NCBI GenBank assembly: GCA_012735145.1
Contig: JAAYIA010000004.1
Span: forward strand, 1 to 59,043
Reading direction: 5' to 3'
From: Clostridiales bacterium
GTDB taxonomy: Bacteria > Bacillota > Clostridia > Peptostreptococcales > Anaerovoracaceae
DNA length: 59,043 bases
Shown here: positions 56,326-59,043 of the stretch, piece by piece
Layout: every line of letters begins with the position of its first letter
How positions within the stretch are numbered: the stretch's first letter is position 1
Notes under the pieces: generated by a model
What the model was told of the DNA's origin: nothing
What the model saw: the letters and a program-made list of their open reading frames with translations, nothing else
The model's database searches: none
Position numbers and translations under genes: made by a program

Positions 56326-58323
56326 TTATAGGAAGGATATAAGTTTTTGAAACAAATTCATTCCACTATGCAATTTCGCCGGCACTGGCATTTCTACTTC
56401 CTCTGCCGGATTTCCTTGGAAACCCGGAAAAGATTTCATGGATTCCGCAAATGTCTTAAAATCTTCATACTTAATACCAGCACCTATACCTGACTCTGTT
56501 GTATTCACCTTAGGATTCCACATTTTGGTTGCGTTTGCCCATGTTCTGAGCTCAGTTTCCTTCCATATCTTTTTCTCGTTCTTATAGTCCGGCCTATCAC
56601 ACCATATGCTAAAATAGGCACCGCCGAACTTGTTAGGATCTACCGTTTTCTTTGCACCGGGCTTGCTTGAAAAAGACCTCGGATTCCAGTTCTCAAATAT
56701 ATTCTTGGAGTTGACAGTTTTATACTTATTTTTCATATAGTCTCCATCCCCCCAATCGGCCACGACGTAGTAACACCATTTTGAAATATCGTTATACATA
56801 GTATGACCCTTATCAGCATACGATTTTGCCGGCGTATTACCTCCCGACCAATAAACAATTTCTACCGATTTTCTAAGCTTAATATGCTGATTTTTATTTA
56901 AACCTATGTCATCATTAAACACTCTGCATTTATAACCGAAGCTCTCGAGCCTATTACTTACTGTATTGAGATAGTTTATAAAAGTATCTCTCGCACTGCC
57001 ATTCTTAATTCCGAGTTCATTGACTGCAAATTTATCCCAATGCTGAATCGCTTCCCAGCGATTGTAATAATCGAATGTCTTCCCATCCAGTTCAAACTCA
57101 TTCCATCCAAGTATTTCATCACCGCATATATCAAATTCATTACTTCCCAGCTTGCGGAAGAACTTTGCATAATCGTCTATAAGTGCATCCATGAAGGCAA
57201 CATCGTACTCATCCGTAACATCGATACCTATACCATTTGTCTTCTTTGTCTTGCCATTGTAACTATAATGGTTGGCAATTGAACCAAAGCCCTTTGTGTT
57301 CTTGTCGTATGTCTTATCATTATAAGTAAATGTAAAATCGGGATTTTTCTTTACGTAGCTCTCATATTTCTCAATGAGGTACCTATTGTGACCGGGTACG
57401 TCAAAGGAGGGAATAACCTCCATGTTATAGGTTCTCGCTACTTTGGCAATTTCTACCATATCCTGTCTGCTGATAGAATCCACTCCCTCTGTAATCCATG
57501 GGAATACCTCGGAGTCTATCCTTAAACATTCGGACTCTGAGAAATGGAGGATTATCTTATTATATCTTTGAAAAGAAGATCTTTTAATAAAATTCTCTAT
57601 CCATTCCTTTGAAAAATATTTTCTTCCACAGTCAAGAAAAATATGTCTATCAATCGAATCAGGCCCGTCTTCTATATAACAACAGTCTAAAACTGATTTA
57701 TCCTCATCTCCGTTTTTTTCCTTAGCCATCTGAAGAAGACTGATTAGTCCATAATATATTCCGGTTTTTCCAGTTGCTGTAATTACTATATTTTCCTTTT
57801 CGATTGACATCATATAAGTTTGATTTATATCAGCAGTATCAATTTCCGGATTGAATTTGTCATTACCTTCTACAACAATTACAATATCTCCCTTTTTTGC
57901 GAATCTCTCCGCTCCATGCACTACCGATAAAACTTTTTCGCTGGGAATTTTCTCAGATGCAAACTCCGCATCCATAAGCCTTACTGTGCTCAGAATTTCT
58001 TCCGTGGGAAGCTTGTCAGTTGCAATATAAAATCTTGTTTTATTTGTCAGTTCAAAACTACCTTCCCTTGCCTCATATTTTCTAGTAAGTGCTTCCGCAA
58101 CAGTCTTTGAGCTAGGCTCACGCTCCGGAGGAATTTCTATTTGTTTAGTCTTTTCCGCCTTTTTCCCATATAAGCCCAGAGCAGTCGATTCAGGCGAAGC
58201 TGCATCCTGAGTTGCGGGCATATCATCCGTAGCAAAAACCGGTACGTACATCACCATCACCATACATAATATTAAACTTGCTGATATTATTTTATTTCCT
58301 ATTTTTCCAATCGTGTATAACAT
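56326..58323 (-). CDS. GH20 beta-N-acetylhexosaminidase, secreted
   Basis: 665 aa with a signal peptide. A GH20b-like N-domain precedes a TIM barrel with HFSESE, FDVPGH and the catalytic-region ICGDEILGW. Confidence 0.8.
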   Translation of the reverse strand: MLYTIGKIGNKIISASLILCMVMVMYVPVFATDDMPATQDAASPESTALGLYGKKAEKTKQIEIPPEREPSSKTVAEALTRKYEAREGSFELTNKTRFYIATDKLPTEEILSTVRLMDAEFASEKIPSEKVLSVVHGAERFAKKGDIVIVVEGNDKFNPEIDTADINQTYMMSIEKENIVITATGKTGIYYGLISLLQMAKEKNGDEDKSVLDCCYIEDGPDSIDRHIFLDCGRKYFSKEWIENFIKRSSFQRYNKIILHFSESECLRIDSEVFPWITEGVDSISRQDMVEIAKVARTYNMEVIPSFDVPGHNRYLIEKYESYVKKNPDFTFTYNDKTYDKNTKGFGSIANHYSYNGKTKKTNGIGIDVTDEYDVAFMDALIDDYAKFFRKLGSNEFDICGDEILGWNEFELDGKTFDYYNRWEAIQHWDKFAVNELGIKNGSARDTFINYLNTVSNRLESFGYKCRVFNDDIGLNKNQHIKLRKSVEIVYWSGGNTPAKSYADKGHTMYNDISKWCYYVVADWGDGDYMKNKYKTVNSKNIFENWNPRSFSSKPGAKKTVDPNKFGGAYFSIWCDRPDYKNEKKIWKETELRTWANATKMWNPKVNTTESGIGAGIKYEDFKTFAESMKSFPGFQGNPAEEVEMPVPAKLHSGMNLFQKLISFL

Positions 58324-58355
58324 TTGTTTAATTCCATTTTTTCAATATATTAACC

Positions 58356-59043
58356 TTATTTAATTCCTATGATCTTATCGTATATTAATATTCCAATGGC
58401 TAATGTAAGTATCTCGGCCACTATCATAGCCCACCATATTCCCTCACCGCCAAAAATTGTTCCAACAAGAAAAATTGCCGGCACGAGCATATACGCACAT
58501 CTTCCAAGAGAAATTGTAATTCCGTATAGAGGTTTTTCGAGTGATGTGAATCCCGATGCAAGGATTACATTAAGGGCCGTAAAAATACTGGCTAAGATAA
58601 AAATCCTTAATGCATATGCTGTGTACTCGATAAGTGCAGTATCTAAAGTTATAAAGACTCCTACAATCTTTTTGGCAAATATCAGGACAAATAAAACTGC
58701 AATAGCTTCGACCTTCATCGCCGTCCTAAATTGATAATGCATCAATTTTTTAATCTTATCTTTTTCACCCATACCATTATAATAACTGATTAGCGGCTGT
58801 GTCCCCTGTCCTATTCCAATTGCAATTATGACGAGTATCTGTGCAACATATGCAATTGCCGAATAACTGATTAGTGCTTCTTCTCTCAAAAAAACGTCTA
58901 TTGCATGAACGTATACAAATGTAATAAGACCCGGCGACAGTTCAGACATTCCCGTAGGAATTCCTTTTCCGATACATGTGACAACCTTGCCTATATCAAA
59001 CTCAAAACGTTTGAAGCGTATTTTTGCCCGCTTAGACAGAAAA
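58356..59043 (-). CDS. MATE family efflux transporter, C-terminal part; the 5' end lies beyond the window
   Basis: The reading frame stays open upstream of the track Met out to position 59043 (…FLSKRAKIRFKRFEFDIGKVVTCIGKGIPTGMSELSPG…). The profile is hydrophobic and 12-TM MATE-like. Confidence 0.75.
   Translation of the reverse strand, partial: FLSKRAKIRFKRFEFDIGKVVTCIGKGIPTGMSELSPGLITFVYVHAIDVFLREEALISYSAIAYVAQILVIIAIGIGQGTQPLISYYNGMGEKDKIKKLMHYQFRTAMKVEAIAVLFVLIFAKKIVGVFITLDTALIEYTAYALRIFILASIFTALNVILASGFTSLEKPLYGITISLGRCAYMLVPAIFLVGTIFGGEGIWWAMIVAEILTLAIGILIYDKIIGIK

Noticed and set aside
1-59043. A mobile element, prophage, defence island or CRISPR-Cas anywhere in the window
   Set aside because: I saw no transposase, integrase, recombinase, terminal inverted repeats, tRNA-flanked direct repeats or compositional break. 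Gene content is core housekeeping with conserved Firmicutes synteny blocks.

Overview
This is a low-GC Firmicutes (Clostridia, Lachnospiraceae-like) chromosomal core segment, with about 85% of genes on the minus strand. It holds about 55 protein genes, one tRNA-Arg(ACG) and several clear intrinsic terminators. I found no CRISPR array, IS element, prophage or recognisable defence island. Contents in order: partial prdC and a divergent proline racemase; prsW; pfkA convergent with class-3 fbp; murA; two DUF948 genes; the conserved tmk-holB-yaaT(ricT)-yabB block; gltX; cdaA-cdaR; an LCP gene; hpf; comFC-recD2; yhaM; nadE; a split copA; an EIIC-like protein; mltG; NUDIX; a cyclophilin; a MacB-type ABC pair; a DUF445 protein; a DUF45 (YgjP-like) metallopeptidase; an alanine/glycine symporter; a threonine-aldolase-like enzyme; an M16C peptidase; the yedE/yedF/DUF3343 selenium-sulfur module; an AraC / Y-family polymerase / YolD-like cassette; a wall-hydrolase cluster (GH25, VanY-like); a DMT transporter; an MtnA-like isomerase; a large Cna-B/SpaA-type surface protein; a GH20 hexosaminidase; and a partial MATE pump. 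The items most worth follow-up are: (1) copA is split into a 70-aa HMA/CopZ-like ORF and an ATPase body in the +1 frame, and the upstream ORF ends in the +1 shift-prone context CCC_UGA, so programmed frameshifting is possible, as is an indel. (2) A GC-rich, about 270-nt structured non-coding region lies between comFC and hpf, the canonical locus of the raiA-motif RNA. (3) A perfect 14-bp x4 tandem repeat fills the hpf-LCP junction and encodes the hpf stop. (4) An orphan, about 180-nt promoter-to-terminator unit with mutually exclusive pairings sits at 46.6 kb. (5) A 57-codon membrane micro-ORF has its TAA overlapping the tmk ATG. All product calls come from motif recognition in the supplied translations. 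No database search was run.
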